From: Macrostomum lignano
Taxonomy: Eukaryota
Assembly: GCA_002269645.1 (NCBI GenBank)
Contig: NIVC01002028.1
Location: 50,886-114,885 of the forward strand
Direction of reading: 5' to 3'
Length of the DNA: 64,000 nucleotides
Shown: one piece after another, positions 12,830 to 25,100 of the stretch
How positions within the stretch are numbered: position 1 is the stretch's first letter
How the letters are laid out: every line of letters begins with the position of its first letter
Position numbers and translations under genes: made by a program
Notes under the pieces: model-generated
Database searches by the model: none
What the model was told of the DNA's origin: nothing
What the model saw: only the letters and a program-made list of their open reading frames with translations

Positions 12830-14234
12830 CGGGCGGGTGTCCAAAAAGTAGTGATACTTTTAACCTTAGCTCTCGTTCTTTAGCTTCCTGTGATTTAAAA
12901 TTTTATGAACTGATAGCGGCAAATCTCTTCTACAGACTGCTTTTTGAATTTTTAAAATTGATACCAGAGAGCAAAAGTTATACCCATGAAAGTAACAGTA
13001 CCTGTACCATAGAGTTACACAAATTATAGGCTGAGCTTCACGAGATCCATGCCGAGTAAGCTTCGATGAATTGTTAATTTCGGCTTGTCCAACCTGTCAG
13101 CGATCTCTCTAATGGTCATTCGAGAGTCAAGAAGATCCTCGTCAAGAAGATCCAGAATGGAGTCCGCCAGTACATCAGGTCGATGAACGTATGGCCGCCC
13201 CATCCGATGCTGATCTGCCAAGTCAGTCCTTCCCTCGCTGAACTGCTCCATCCATCGATAAACTGTCATTTTGCTGACCGCAGAGGATCCGTGCACAAAG
13301 CAAAGTTTTGCGTGAATTTCTGAGGCACATGGCCAGCGCCCCAAAGAGTGAAGATGGTACTTTGCTGAGCAACAACTGAGTGCATATCCATGTGTGTTGT
13401 CGAGTATGGGCAATGGATAAATAATCAGCGGTCCCAGTGCGTGACAACGATTGTCTGGCGAGCGCCGGTAGGCGCGAGCCATAGACAAATCGTTGTCACG
13501 TGCTGCGACCGCTGATTCTTTGCATTGTTTTTCTGTTTGACGATCCTACAGACAATGCATTGTTTGTAGTAATGATTGTTCTGCATAAAATATGCGAATA
13601 ATGATCGTCAAATTGCTACACAATGATAGATTGTGTATATGGTTTTGGAGGTAGACAATGATAAATTTTTCACGAGTGGCGAAGCCACGAGTGACTAAAA
13701 TTTATCATTGTCTATGACAAAACCATATACACAAACACATTGTCTCATGAATGTATTTTTAGAAGCCTAAAATAATGATTCCTAAGCGTGGAATAATGAG
13801 CGTACAGCATGACACAATGAAATCATGAACGAATTGCAAAATGCAAGCTCCTCTGTTTGCAAGTAAAGTAATGAATTTAATGCTTTATTTTTCTGCGCAT
13901 GATTCCGTCCATAGACAAATTTCAGTCAGTCACAGTGAGCATCATTTTGCAATTGGGCTTTGGTATTGCTTAAACAAGACATTTATCGATGCATTCTTAA
14001 TGAATGAGAGCAGAAGTCGACTATTATAAATTTCGATATAGTTTGTGTAACTCTATGGTACAGGTACTGTTATTTTAATGGGTATAACTTTTGTTCTCTA
14101 GTATCAATTTTAAAAATTCAAAAAGCAGTCTGTAGAAGAGATTTTCCGCTATCAGTTCATAAAATTTTAAATCACACGAAGCTATAGAACGAGAGCTACG
14201 GTTAAAAGTATCACTACTTTTTGGACACCCCTCG
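12830..14234 (-). mobile_element. Non-autonomous Tc1/mariner element with long (about 195 bp) TIRs
   Basis: TA flanks at 12828-12829 and 14235-14236; TIRs at about 12830-13023 and 14040-14234 (CGGGCGGGTGTCCAAAAAGTAGTGATAC... / ...GTATCACTACTTTTTGGACACCCCTCG); internal mariner N-terminal remnant. Confidence 0.9.
13030..13330 (-). pseudogene. Mariner transposase N-terminal HTH remnant
   Basis: ...VSKMTVYRWMEQFSEGRTDLADQHRMGRP...DSRMTIREIADRL..., typical of mariner DNA-binding domains; no DDD catalytic domain follows. Confidence 0.85.
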
Positions 14235-14399
14235 TACAGAACGTAGACCATTGTAACAGCTTTAGTTTTTGTTTTGCTGCTACTAAACGCCGGGAAGGTT
14301 GCTGCCTTACAATCGTATGCTTTTTTCCTCTAGTTCAGGTCTCCATACCGCAGCCAAGGCAAGTCAGCTGCCACTCATATACAGCCAAAAAACAAAAAT

Positions 14400-14660
14400 T
14401 CTAGTTCCTGTTCGCAAGTGCTGATGCAGGCTGGAAGACTGCTTTCTACGCAGCAATGCGGCAAATTTTCCGGAGAAAGACAGAAAGGAAACATCAGCAT
14501 TACAGGAAATATACATGTAGCCTTCATCCTTGCTTTTTTTGCAAGCAGTCTGTCGCACACAGCAACTGCGACCTTTTTGTGCAGGCACGATCGAAGCAAT
14601 GGGAAAGTAGCCAAGTACGTGGCGTCTACATGTATACTGCACCAATTTGTTGAATACCAA
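14400..14660 (-). pseudogene. Possible degraded piggyBac C-terminal Cys-rich remnant
   Basis: HVLGYFPIA...KGRSCCVRQTACKKSKDEGYMYISCNADV loosely matches the piggyBac C-terminal pattern; weak. Confidence 0.3.
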
Positions 14661-16245
14661 ACTTTTATTGCATGCGAGCTAAAAGCTGCCGATAAACTAT
14701 GATGCATACTGTCTGGGATTGCAGCACACTATATGTGCGTACGACGTAAATGTTTAAAATTGGCAATAAAATTTTTGCTGCATTTATGCATCATGTGAGG
14801 CGGAAGACCTTTCATTTTAATAGATGGAATGGCAGCGAAGATTTTGTGCTGCTTTGCGCCTATATTTATATATTTACAAATAGCGCGAGATTGAGGGGCC
14901 TATAGCCTATAGGGAGGTGCGAAAAGTTGGCGTGATAAACTTCGCCAACCCCCGGCTTAGCGAGCCGGCTAGTCTGGTGCACCCACCCCACGTCAGCTAG
15001 ACAGAGGTTGGGGGTTTCAAGTGCGGCTGCACTGGTGCTTGCCGGTCGCGTACATACTGCTGGCCGCCACAATAGTATAATTATGCATGGCAATACTGTC
15101 AGGCGTTGCTGTGAAAGAATACAAAGACTTGATACACACAGTTACAATGGTAGCTATAGCTACGGGTAGGATCAGGCCAGTTTATTTTACTATGCATTTT
15201 CCAGGCACATATAGTAAGAGCTAAAAATAGCGTTTGGTAGCTAGCTATCGTATCGTATCTAAACATAATTTTAGTTGATATTTTTGCACAGTGGCTGGCT
15301 ACGTGTATGTACATATGTACATGTACCATGTGCATGAACTACTCACAATGCCCTGGAGTAATTAATACAGGATATTTCCTTGAACATTCGAATCTAAAAA
15401 GTCCCTCTGTGCTATTAGGCTGGTGGTAAAATGTTCGAGCCGTGTGAAATCGATATCTGCAGAATGGACAAGCCTACAACACCCCTCAAATCTCAAAATA
15501 CATGTAGATATATTCAGGTGCAAGGATTTTTCCGGAAAGCACCAACTACAAAAAAGTGAAGAAAAAAGAAAAAAATAATATGGAATTATAGGGCAACAGC
15601 CTGGGCCTCCCTGGCTGCATCACAGATTATTTCGAACTTGAAAATCAAGCATTCTACCAGACTAGCATTAGCTAGTACGATATGTTTAGATAAATCGTAA
15701 AAACGTGGAGAAGGGTAGTGTTTATTGTACGAAAAAATTAAAATATTTATCTCAATAAACGAGAGTGACAAACAGTTTGTTCTAAAAGGGTAAAGGTATT
15801 TAATAGCTTTTCTTTTTGTTTTAATGCATAGCTAATGAAGCAAATAATTGGCGGCTTTTTGACTTCGCTAGAAATAACGGGGTTAAAAATGCGATCGTTT
15901 TCCAATCTGTTAGGCTTTTAAAGTTTTTTTAAATTATAGTATTTGCTGTATTTATGCTATTTATGCAACTGTTTTTGCATCAGTGTATTTTATATTTGTA
16001 TTATATTGCTCTCAACTTCTATAAAGTATTGACTCTCATTAGTATTTTATTTTCTTCATTGACATGCATTTTACTTTTCTTACTTTTCTTAGCTAAAATT
16101 CGTTTTTTTATTATAAAAATATTCTGCAAAAACCAGCAATTTAAGTGACCCTTTATGTTATTAAATGACATGCATACAATTAATCAGCAATGTCTAGTGT
16201 AGTTACGGTTACGATACTTCTTTGATTTGATGGCCAGTAACCTCT

Positions 16246-16408
16246 CATGGGCGAATCCAGTGGAGGGGGGCATGGGGACCCCAGCCGTGGCCAAAAAAGT
16301 GAGCCATACTTTTTTTGCCTGTAACTATGCAATGTATATTTTCCAATATTGGGCTGTAGTGCTCCGTTTAGCTATCCCCTCCCTTGAAACTTTTTGGATC
16401 TGCCCCTG
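16246..16408. mobile_element. Short MITE-like element
   Basis: Imperfect TIRs CATGGGCGAATCCA / TGGATCTGCCCCTG; no TSD recognised. Confidence 0.45.
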
Positions 16409-16796
16409 ACCGCAATGAAATATATGAAGTCCTGCATTAACAAACGATTTTTAACATGAATTTATCACTTAAAATTTAGACGAGTGTTGCTTTTCTGATG
16501 ATACTGTGACCTTATATCAAAATAGAAACTAAATTTGACTAAATCGTTGTATTTTTTTCATACAGGTGTTAATATTTAATCATTTTTGTCTGTGAATTTT
16601 CTTTAAATCTATAGTCTGCCTCTGTAAATGTATCATTATTTAATATTCAAATATTCGGAATTTTTACAAAAAATTTGCTTGCCCCTCCCCATATAAATCA
16701 GCCATATTTCGCACATCGCAACTTGAATATTATTTGTGTTTCAGTATACTGTCCTGTAGCCTCGAACACTAAGCTATTATTCCAAACCCGGTTCCC

Positions 16797-17108
16797 ATGG
16801 CAACCAGATGTGCCGGAATCAGTCCAGCTCGTGAGGCTGACGAGATGGAGAAGGCCATACTGGCCTCTGTGCGGGCCAGCGTGGAGGCTCGCCTTGGCCG
16901 ATCCGTGGACCAGTTCGAACCGGTTCTGATCGCCAGCCAGGTAGTTGCTGGCACCAATTATTTTGCCAAGGTGCGCATTGGCCACTCGGAGTTCGTCCAC
17001 CTGCGCGTGTTCCGGCCGCTGCCGCATACAATGGAGGCCGCCCGACTGAGTGGCCTGCAGACGGGCAAGTCTGCCGATGAGCCAATCGAGTATTTTGACG
17101 CCGAATAG
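16797..17108 (+). CDS. Type 1 cystatin (stefin, cystatin A/B-like), intronless, 103 aa
   Basis: N-terminal Gly, QVVAG motif (SQVVAGTNYFAKV), LRVFRPLP loop, C-terminal IEYF, no signal peptide. Confidence 0.95.
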   Translation: MATRCAGISPAREADEMEKAILASVRASVEARLGRSVDQFEPVLIASQVVAGTNYFAKVRIGHSEFVHLRVFRPLPHTMEAARLSGLQTGKSADEPIEYFDAE

Positions 17109-18598
17109 TGAGAGAGAATCCATGAGTAACAGCTAGTTGTGAACTTCCTATCATTTTTGCTGCGTTTTAAAGTGGGCACTGTCGTAAATCAAGGTGACAG
17201 CCCGCAGTTAGCAAGCAGTTGTGTCGATTCCACACTGATCCCTGAGCACACACGCCCATAGGGTGTACAGTACGAGCTAACCTTGACTTTTTTATCGTAA
17301 GGAAAGTACATGTACACTCTCTGTGTCTTGGGAGTTGGCCCGTCAACCCACCGGACGATTTTCCTGCAAAAGTCCCAAATTAATGCCGCCGCAAACGGAA
17401 TTGAATTCCTGGGCGAGAGTCAGACGCTTCCCTGCTCCTACATGCGAACGGAGGCGTCCAAAATCACAGATGTTTGTTAAAAATTCAGCATTTAAACTCG
17501 AACCGTCATTGATTCCTTCAGGATATCGTTCTTCACCAGGCTTTTCATGCTCCTAGCTTTAGGACCCAAGAGTAGAGCAAAAATTTCAAGATTACCCCAC
17601 TGATCTATTATTACTTTTATTGAGCCAAATCTGCAACAAACTGCAATCTTTGATTAGTGTGACCGAATTCCTCCCGAGAAGTTGTTAGAGTACCTAAACT
17701 GCAATGTGTTTCTTAGTTAAAAGTAGATTTTTACTTATTTTTATATACACGTTTTGACAGTTAATTAGAGCTTTATTTACATTTTCTATACACTTTCTCA
17801 CTGTTTTATGCAATCAGTAGAGTAATGGATTTCCAACCTAGGTCGCTTCTGTTATTAGCTAGCAAGTTGAAAAGCTTTACATAATTTTTTATTTTTAGTA
17901 AGTGTACCAGCTTTTTAAATATTTATTTGTCCTGTCTCTGGCAAACTCAAACTGCTGCTTCGTATTTAATTCAATTTTTCAACATTATTTATCAAACCGT
18001 GGGTAGCTATTATACTTTTTATTCCGACTTTATGCAATGCTTATTTAACGCACGCTTTAAATAATAAATTGTAGTCATTGCACAATGTTTTCAGTTATTT
18101 ATCAAAATGAGAGTAATTTTATACAATGTTCTGGTGTTCTTAAATCTATATCTGTAGAAAAAAACAATTTCGATCAATTTCAAGGATAGCTGAGATTTTG
18201 TCAAATACGTTTTCTTGCGCATCCTTTTTAAAGTCGTGGAGGGTTTTCAGTGGCGAGTATGAGTGCAGTACTATCTTCCTACGTGTTTTTGACCATGGAA
18301 AAACAAAGTTTTCTACTGAATAGCAACAGTTCGACGAATTCGAAACATTAATGAACATTATTGTACATATACTTACACCGCACACAATAGAAACAATTTT
18401 AGATCAATCATTATTCCCCAGTTTTTGAATATTACCATAGAAATTTGGATTCAAAACATTCCTCACAGAAATACAGAAAAGCAATGAAAAACAAATATTC
18501 AATAACTTGATTCTCCCAATAAGGATTAAATTGCTTAAATTGCCACCGGCGCTCGGCAGACAATCGTTGTCACGCACTGGGACTGCTGATTATTTATC

Positions 18599-19051
18599 CA
18601 TTGTCTATGGCCCAAAAGGGGGGTCTATGGAGCAACCAATCTGAGAATCTGGGCGCGCAATGAATCCATTTCACAGTGCTCGTATATCCTTCACGAATAA
18701 CTTCACTGAAACAACGTCTGCAAATAGATGGCATATAAAAAAACTACTGACATTAACACTTTGATTTCAGAGAAACCAATCAAAACAGGCAAAGGCAAAA
18801 CAATGGCATACAATAAAGCCGAGAACAATCGTGTCTCTCACGATGCTTATCCACTGCATCTTGGGCTGTAGTTAAACTTTCGTCACTGCTCTGCTCGCTA
18901 AATTCTTCGTTTGCCATATCCATGTTTGTGTAATGAAATCTGTTATTTTCTATGGTCTAAGGCTTGCACAACTGTGGAAAGGATTAATAGCGCGCCCAAA
19001 TTCTCAAATTGGTTGCTCCATTTAGACCCCCCTTTCGGGCCAAAGACAATG
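18599..19051. mobile_element. MITE with about 60-bp TIRs
   Basis: CATTGTCTATGGCCCAAAAGGGGGGTCTATGGAGCAACCAATCTGAGAATCTGGGCGCGC versus its imperfect inverse ending ...CCCCCTTTCGGGCCAAAGACAATG. Confidence 0.75.
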
Positions 19052-19157
19052 AAAAGCAATTCTTCAATAGATTGATTTTCCCACTAAGGATTAAATTGCT
19101 TGCTCCTAGGCTCAATTGGCTTGAAAAATGCTATAATATTTATTGATATCACAGTGT

Positions 19158-19398
19158 TTTCCATGGTCAAACCAAGACACACGTCACAGTTGTCTATGGT
19201 CAAACCAAGACACACATCACAGTTGTCTATGGTCAAACTAAGACACACATCACAGTTGTCTATGGTCAAACTAAGACACACATCACAGTTGTCTATGGTC
19301 AAACTAAGACACACATCACAGTTGTCTATGGTCAAACTAAGACACACGTCACAGTTGTCTATGGTCAAACTAAGACATACATCACAGTTGTCTATGGT
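19158..19398. repeat. 33-bp minisatellite (about 7 copies), present only in unit 1
   Basis: Unit CACAGTTGTCTATGGTCAAACTAAGACACACAT. Confidence 0.9.
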
Positions 19399-19831
19399 AA
19401 TATAACTCAAAACAGCCAATTAAAGCATGATAGAATATTGTGGATTAATGACCGCGAATAAGTGTGGAATAATGAAAAAAATAGTGTCGAATAATGACAT
19501 CAGTTGCGGACCGGACATAAGTGTTCATACAATGCGCTTACGCTAGGCTCCGAGCTAATAGCAAAACAAATATTTTATAGACTTTTGCCTATTGATTTCC
19601 AGTCTTTTAACTTTTATCTACTTCAAGTAGTGTCTAAAGCTCCTGTAGCAACGAAGAAAGTCGGGAAAATCTGTTTGTTAAAAACGGTTACTGGTTTACA
19701 ATAGACCTTCGGCAGGTAGTGCGGTGTCCGCTGCCAGCTATATACCAACTCCAAATCTAAAATAAAAAATAGAAATTAGTTGTAACGTTTAGTTAATTAC
19801 GTTTTCAAAACTACAAAATCAATAGATTATA

Positions 19832-22051
19832 CTATGACTGCAAACACGGAAGCAAAGCAAAAACTTGCAATTTAATTCTCAGCTCCTGTTGCAGACGATT
19901 GAGAACTGGCTGACGCTGCAGTTTCTCCACGAATATCTGCACCAGGTTGGAGTCGTCGCAGAAGGCGGCGCACACTGCGAGTTCCTGAATGTCGGCGCTT
20001 TCACTCCAAGACACCTCTTGGAACCAGTGTCTAACGCTTACGTCATCGGGTGTCAGCAGAAGTCTCAGACTCTGCAGCAGTGCGTCGAAATTGACATAGA
20101 AGACCGCATTTTGAGTGTAGCTGTCAACGTCAAATGGAAAGTACTCTGCAATGACTTTAGGTAGAAATGGCAGCTCGGGGCGTTGATCAAATCGGAAGCA
20201 GAATTTCCATGCCGAGTCAACGCTAAGCAAATGCTGCCACACGTCTTCCTCTGTTGCTTCAATTGCTAAGTTCTCTGCAGACCAGGTTATTCCTCTGCTC
20301 ACGTTGTGCCGCCTACAGGCACTCAAAACCTTTTGTGCTCCATCTCTATCGTCGAATTTTAGACAGATCATCGCCCTGAGAGCCTCGCGAGCTGTCCGAG
20401 CGCAGTCCGGGAGCCTGTCAATCATTTGCATGAGCGTCTGTCGGGAATCTGGCGATTCAGATATCCGCTGCTGAGATAATTGAAGCAGTGACCATCCCAC
20501 TACATCATAGATCTCGTGATACTCAAGCTCTGGGTTTTCTGTCTGAATGGATTGAAGTCTCAGTTCCGGTAGAATTTGAAAAGGGTGAAAGTAAAATACG
20601 CCCGATTCGTTGACCGGTCGAAGCGTTCTTTGAAATTTCAGCAAGATCTGGGGCAGCTTTTCAATTACATCCCTCAAAACATTCGTAGCACTTTGAATTG
20701 TTTGTGTCATTGCACCGGAATGGCTCGGACCCAAGCCCTTCAAGTACAAACCAGCGTTGCACAGGAAAAAGTGCTCCATGATTCGACCATCCACATTGTC
20801 CACCGTGCAGTTTTGTCCGATGCTGTCAAGAAGCATCTGCAGCGATCGTCTTATTAGACTCACGAAATTCTGCGGTCTCCATTCCTCAGCCGGCGTCTCC
20901 TCCAACATTCTGAAAGTGATTGTCTTTGCGTGATATGCTTTTAGCCCCTCGAAATTGTAGCCGTCTTTGCGGCAAATTACTTTCTTAACCAAGTACTTCA
21001 GAGTGACGAATAGCTGGCCCTGTAACGTGCTGAGACCTCTTAGCAGCAGTTTCTCCAGGAAAGTTGTGCTGACACGAAGCTGCTTTCCCGCTTGTCTAGG
21101 TGGTGCCGCGTGCACCACGTGACAGGGTGACTTGCTGAGCTCGCCTTGAAGTGTATTCAGAACGGACGGAGAAATATTTGAGCTAGAGATTCGATGCGTC
21201 AGCAGCGGAGCGATTGGCGGATAGCAGCAGACGCGGCATGCGTCAACTTCATCTACTGCAGGTCTCAATGGTGTGCCACTTGAGGCCTTTGCCGGATTGG
21301 TTGCTGTTTTAACGATAAAGATTATTAAATGTCTTATAAGCTTTTATGAGATCATGCTTTCATATTGGAACTTTTTAACTGAACAATTGGATAACAAATT
21401 AGATTTAGTGAACTGTTTGGTACAATATGGTACTGGAGCAAAAGCACAGAGAGTCAGTCGCACAAACTGAATTATGTCTACTTGTGTGCTGATTAAAAAA
21501 CTCTGGCCTGGTTATTACTTCCTGTGCATGCGAGTTGGTACGAGTACCATAAGCATTGCTTTCACAGATTGGGCCTACACTGCGGCTTTAAGCGTGAATC
21601 CAGACTGAGCATAGTCCTGTTATATGAAAAGACCTCCGCGATAATGCCCATGACGCCGAGACCCTTATGATATTCCAATTTAATAAACAGCTGCTTACCA
21701 AAGCCCCCAATTCGAATATGACCATCCTTGCAGTCGACCAGCTCCTTTTCTTTTCGATCGCAGCATTGGCAACTACCTCTGATGTGGTAGAGTCGACCCT
21801 GAAACAGCTTCATCACGTCAATGTCAGACTCCGCGTCCGTTCTCCCGTCCGCTTTGGTCAGGCTGTTGCCCCAGCCCTCTGAGTAGCTGCCGACAATATA
21901 GATCCCTGGGAATGAGTCTCTCCTGCTTCGCAAAATTCCCTGCAATGCGTCGGCAACTGCAGCCTGCAAGGCGGCTCTGGCTTTAACAAATCCGGCTTTT
22001 GTAAGCGTCGATTGAAGCAGCAGACTGAGTTCCAATTCACTCGGCATCGAC
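19832..22051 (-). CDS. Mab-21/cGAS-like receptor (cGLR) nucleotidyltransferase, copy 1; exons 22051..21699 and 21303..19832; 606 aa from ATG 22047; intact C-terminus, ankyrin part lost
   Basis: VGSYSEG and ESDIDVM catalytic motifs, third acidic residue in VDEVDAC, LRVSTTFLEKLL, LKAYHAKTITF...EEW, MEHFF. Donor TTTG|GTAAGC (phase 1) joins acceptor AAACAG|CAACC in frame. Confidence 0.85.
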
Positions 22052-22811
22052 CTGAAGAAAATATTTTATTTATTGCATTCTGACCACATACTACTCGTAG
22101 CGTTTCCATTCCCCACTTTCCGTCCCGTTCAGTCTACTAATTTTGCTATTTGATTGTCTCTTTCATTTTATAAAGTTCATTTTTTGCATTAGTTGCTTTA
22201 ATGCGTCGGGCATCGTTTCATTCCTAAACTATAAAAAGGACAATGACGAGGAAGACAAAATTAACCGAGCTAAAAGATGAGAGAATGCATAGAGCGAGAT
22301 AGAAAGACATAATTGAGCTTTTGGAAAAATACAGATTAAAACCAGAGAGAAAAATGTCTAGAAGGAGAGAAATCATCGTACACTAAAAAGAGCACATTGT
22401 GCATAGATCACGCACAAGAGGGACAGAGGTTGGAGTTCTAGAACTGGAAATGTACACTTGCAACAGCAAACAGTGCGTATTCTCGGTCAGTTGGCGAAAT
22501 GATCGTGTACAAAGTAAAATTGCAAATAGAGAACTTTCTTCAACAGCCTAATGAGAATTTTTTTATGTTGCTTTTAGTAGCTCCAGTGCTTCTTCCGCCC
22601 TAGTACGAGCGTAATGCCCACGCATGCATGTTGACGGCAGCAATTACACTAAGCTGAAGCCGCGTAGCCAGCGAAACAACTAAATACTTCAACAAACCGC
22701 TTTGAGAAGCACTTCTAAATGCCATTTGGATTCGAAAATTAGGGGGCTCTATTTCATTTTATGTACAACGTCGCTCTATTTTAATATAAAAACTCATATT
22801 CGAACTCTTAC

Positions 22812-23263
22812 TCTGACTCTGACAAAGCCGCACGATCCTGATGAGTAAGTTGATGCTTAGCCTTTTCTGTCTCAGACTCAAGAAACGGTGATTCATATTG
22901 TGTCTGAATAGTTTGTTCCAGCAAGGCAGCAACTCGGTGATGTCCATTGACGCTTGCAATTAGAAGGGGAGTCTCACCAGTAACAGTTCTTGCTTCAACG
23001 TCAGCATGCGCCCTGACGAGGGACAACACCACGCCATAGTGACCGTTCTGCGACGCGATGTAGATTGGCGTGCAGCCTTCGGAGTCTTTGAGCTTGAGCG
23101 TTTATGAGTGAGTCAAATAGCTCATGGTAACCATTCTGTGACGCAATAAAGAGCGGAGACAGCCCCGTGTCAGTTTGCAGATTAACGCTTGCTTGCGCTT
23201 TTAGGAGCAAACTAAACACAGCATGAGGGCCTAGTTGCGACGCAATGTAAATGGGCGAGCCGC
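22812..23263 (-). pseudogene. 3' remnant of the ankyrin-repeat exon (copy 1)
   Basis: Matches the last about 3 ankyrin repeats of 53976-55870; 11-bp deletion (CATTGACGTCA) causes a frameshift; homology stops abruptly at 23263. Confidence 0.9.
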
Positions 23264-23430
23264 ATGTGCATTTCCGTTTGTTTTGCTTGTATAATGAAAG
23301 TTTTGATCATGATGCGAGACTTCTGAGAATATTTTACTCTATTCGCATCAAATGCATTGTTTGCATTTTTCGATCATGTTATTTAAAGCCAGAATTCACT
23401 TCACCAACACGAATTGTTATTCATTAGTTT
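23264..23430 (+). repeat. About 170-200-bp repeat, inverted partner at 32206-32403
   Basis: TGCATTTCCGTTTGTTTTG...CACCAACACGAATTGTTATTCATTAGTTT is the reverse complement of 32206-32403 apart from an indel of about 37 bp. Confidence 0.85.
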
Positions 23431-23954
23431 ACACACCAGCTCATGATTCTACTGAGTCATTTTGTGACTAGCTGGATCCATGCCTAAAATGAGCCTTCGA
23501 TTTTAGCTTTGCTGCTAAATAAACTTTCTGTACGTCGAGTAAGTCAGACTGATGTTTTGCACTGATGTTAAAAAAATTAATGTAAATTTTATTGCTTGCT
23601 GCAATACAAATGATTGGCCTTAATAAATGAGTACTTGAAATGCTGAGTAAATTGCTCAGCTTGAATGAATCAAAGCTGCGGGTCTCTAGACCGCATATAC
23701 CAATGCTAATGAATTGAATAATTTGGAACTCAAAACTCAAAAAAGATTTTAAGCTTTGTCGGTATTAATTTGGTCAGGTACAAAATTAATTCCAGAGCAG
23801 TTAATATTATATATTTCAGCCAACAATAAAGTACATAGTTAGCAACTACGAATATTCAGATTGAGTCCCAGAGTTGAAATCCGGCAATCATGGGCGGTGT
23901 CCGGTCCGTGTCCGAGGTCAGTGGGTGCAGCGGAGTACCTGCCTGCAAGTCTAC

Positions 23955-24185
23955 TTACTTGCCAATGAGCCTCAACATAGTTCTGGCAACCCTCCCCCAC
24001 CTGATCCGGAATTTCTTCTGCAGCTCCGCGGCCTTCTCATCCGTCATCTCCGGCTCGTCCATGTCGGCCAGAGCCTCCAGCGCCGCCATCGCTTTGGCGT
24101 CCTCCTCCGACATCTCCTGGCTGCTGGGTCTGGCGGCGGCCAGAGCTGCGCACAGCAGGAGTCCGAGAACGAACTGCCACCTCAT
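23955..24185 (-). CDS. Secreted peptide precursor (76 aa): signal peptide, acidic propiece, KK, FRIRWGRVARTMLRLI, GK; candidate amidated antimicrobial/bioactive peptide, copy 1
   Basis: Hydrophobic N-terminus MRWQFVLGLLLCAALAAA; 12 D/E in the propiece; dibasic site; C-terminal G-K; GC-rich coding-like sequence; upstream TATA box; AATAAA on the minus strand near 23590. Confidence 0.8.
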   Translation of the reverse strand: MRWQFVLGLLLCAALAAARPSSQEMSEEDAKAMAALEALADMDEPEMTDEKAAELQKKFRIRWGRVARTMLRLIGK

Positions 24186-24282
24186 GATGAACTTGTAGCT
24201 GTAGCCTGATGAAGCTGAGAAGCTGGAGTAGAGTTATCTAGCCTTGGCTGCTTGGTTGTCCGCTGGGCATCCAAGGACCCTG

Positions 24283-24290
24283 TATTTATA
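24283..24290 (-). promoter_or_regulatory. TATA box of peptide gene copy 1
   Basis: TATAAATA on the minus strand about 100 nt upstream of the ATG. Confidence 0.65.
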
Positions 24291-24946
24291 GTGTAGAAAT
24301 CAGCACGTTTTTCCGGTCGCTGGAACGCGGGGGGTCCGCTGTGTCCCCTTCACGTGCTCCGGTCTTAAAAAAATTCCTTCAATGGTTAAACCCTAACCTC
24401 GACCTAGCCATCTATTGGCTTTATTGTCCATTCTCCACTCATTGCCAAGGCCCTGAGGGAATTGAACTTGAATGCTATTGGCCTTATTCTTTGACAGTCC
24501 ATTCGAGAGTAGCTCAGCTTTGCATTGAATTTGTTGCCTGCATGCAATGTATTATAGATAGCACTTATTGAGCTTCTCAAGTAGTTTCAGGACTATAGCT
24601 AAAATTGCGCTCGTTTGAGTCGCAACATGCCCAGTGGTGCTAGCTGGTCTGGGGAGTTATGAGCAGCAGGCTCTTTTGTTCTCAACTGAAATTGCTATAA
24701 GAGTTCGCAGTAGAGTTCAATGCTACGTTTGGACTTGGGCGTGTTTTCAAACTGTCTACTTAAAAACTTATTTACAACTTGCAGGGTCGCTTGGTTTATA
24801 GATTAACTGTGTGAGCTGAAACCAGTTTGAACCTGTGTTATCTATTTTTTATCGCGTTTGTATGCACGTTTTAATTATACTCTTCTGTTCCGAAGATTTA
24901 AACCACATATATGTACCAATGAGTGCAGTTTTTTTTAAATGGCCAT

Positions 24947-25100
24947 ATATACTCAGATACCATATGCTCAGATATTATATGCTCAGATATCATATGCTCA
25001 GATACCATATGCTCAGATATTATATGCTCAGATATCATATGCTCAGATACCATATGCTCAGATACCATATGCTCAGATACCATATGCTCAGATACCATAT
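24947..25100. repeat. 15-bp satellite (GATACCATATGCTCA)n, left part before the LTR insertion
   Basis: About 10 units, interrupted at ATAT by the LTR element. Confidence 0.95.

Noticed and set aside
21562-21698. C-terminal part of ORF 21562-22047 (KQLFIKLEY...) and its copies as coding sequence
   Set aside because: It is intron read-through after the donor G|GTAAGC; the spliced frame continues at 21303.
8410-24185. DEG/ENaC channel and the amidated peptide as a receptor-ligand pair (FaNaC-like)
   Set aside because: They are 13 kb apart with unrelated genes between; the peptide lacks an RFamide or Wamide end; only proximity supports it.
24300-24480. NF-kB sites upstream of the peptide gene
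   Set aside because: GGGAATTGAA and GGAATTTT do not fit the GGGRNWYYCC consensus.
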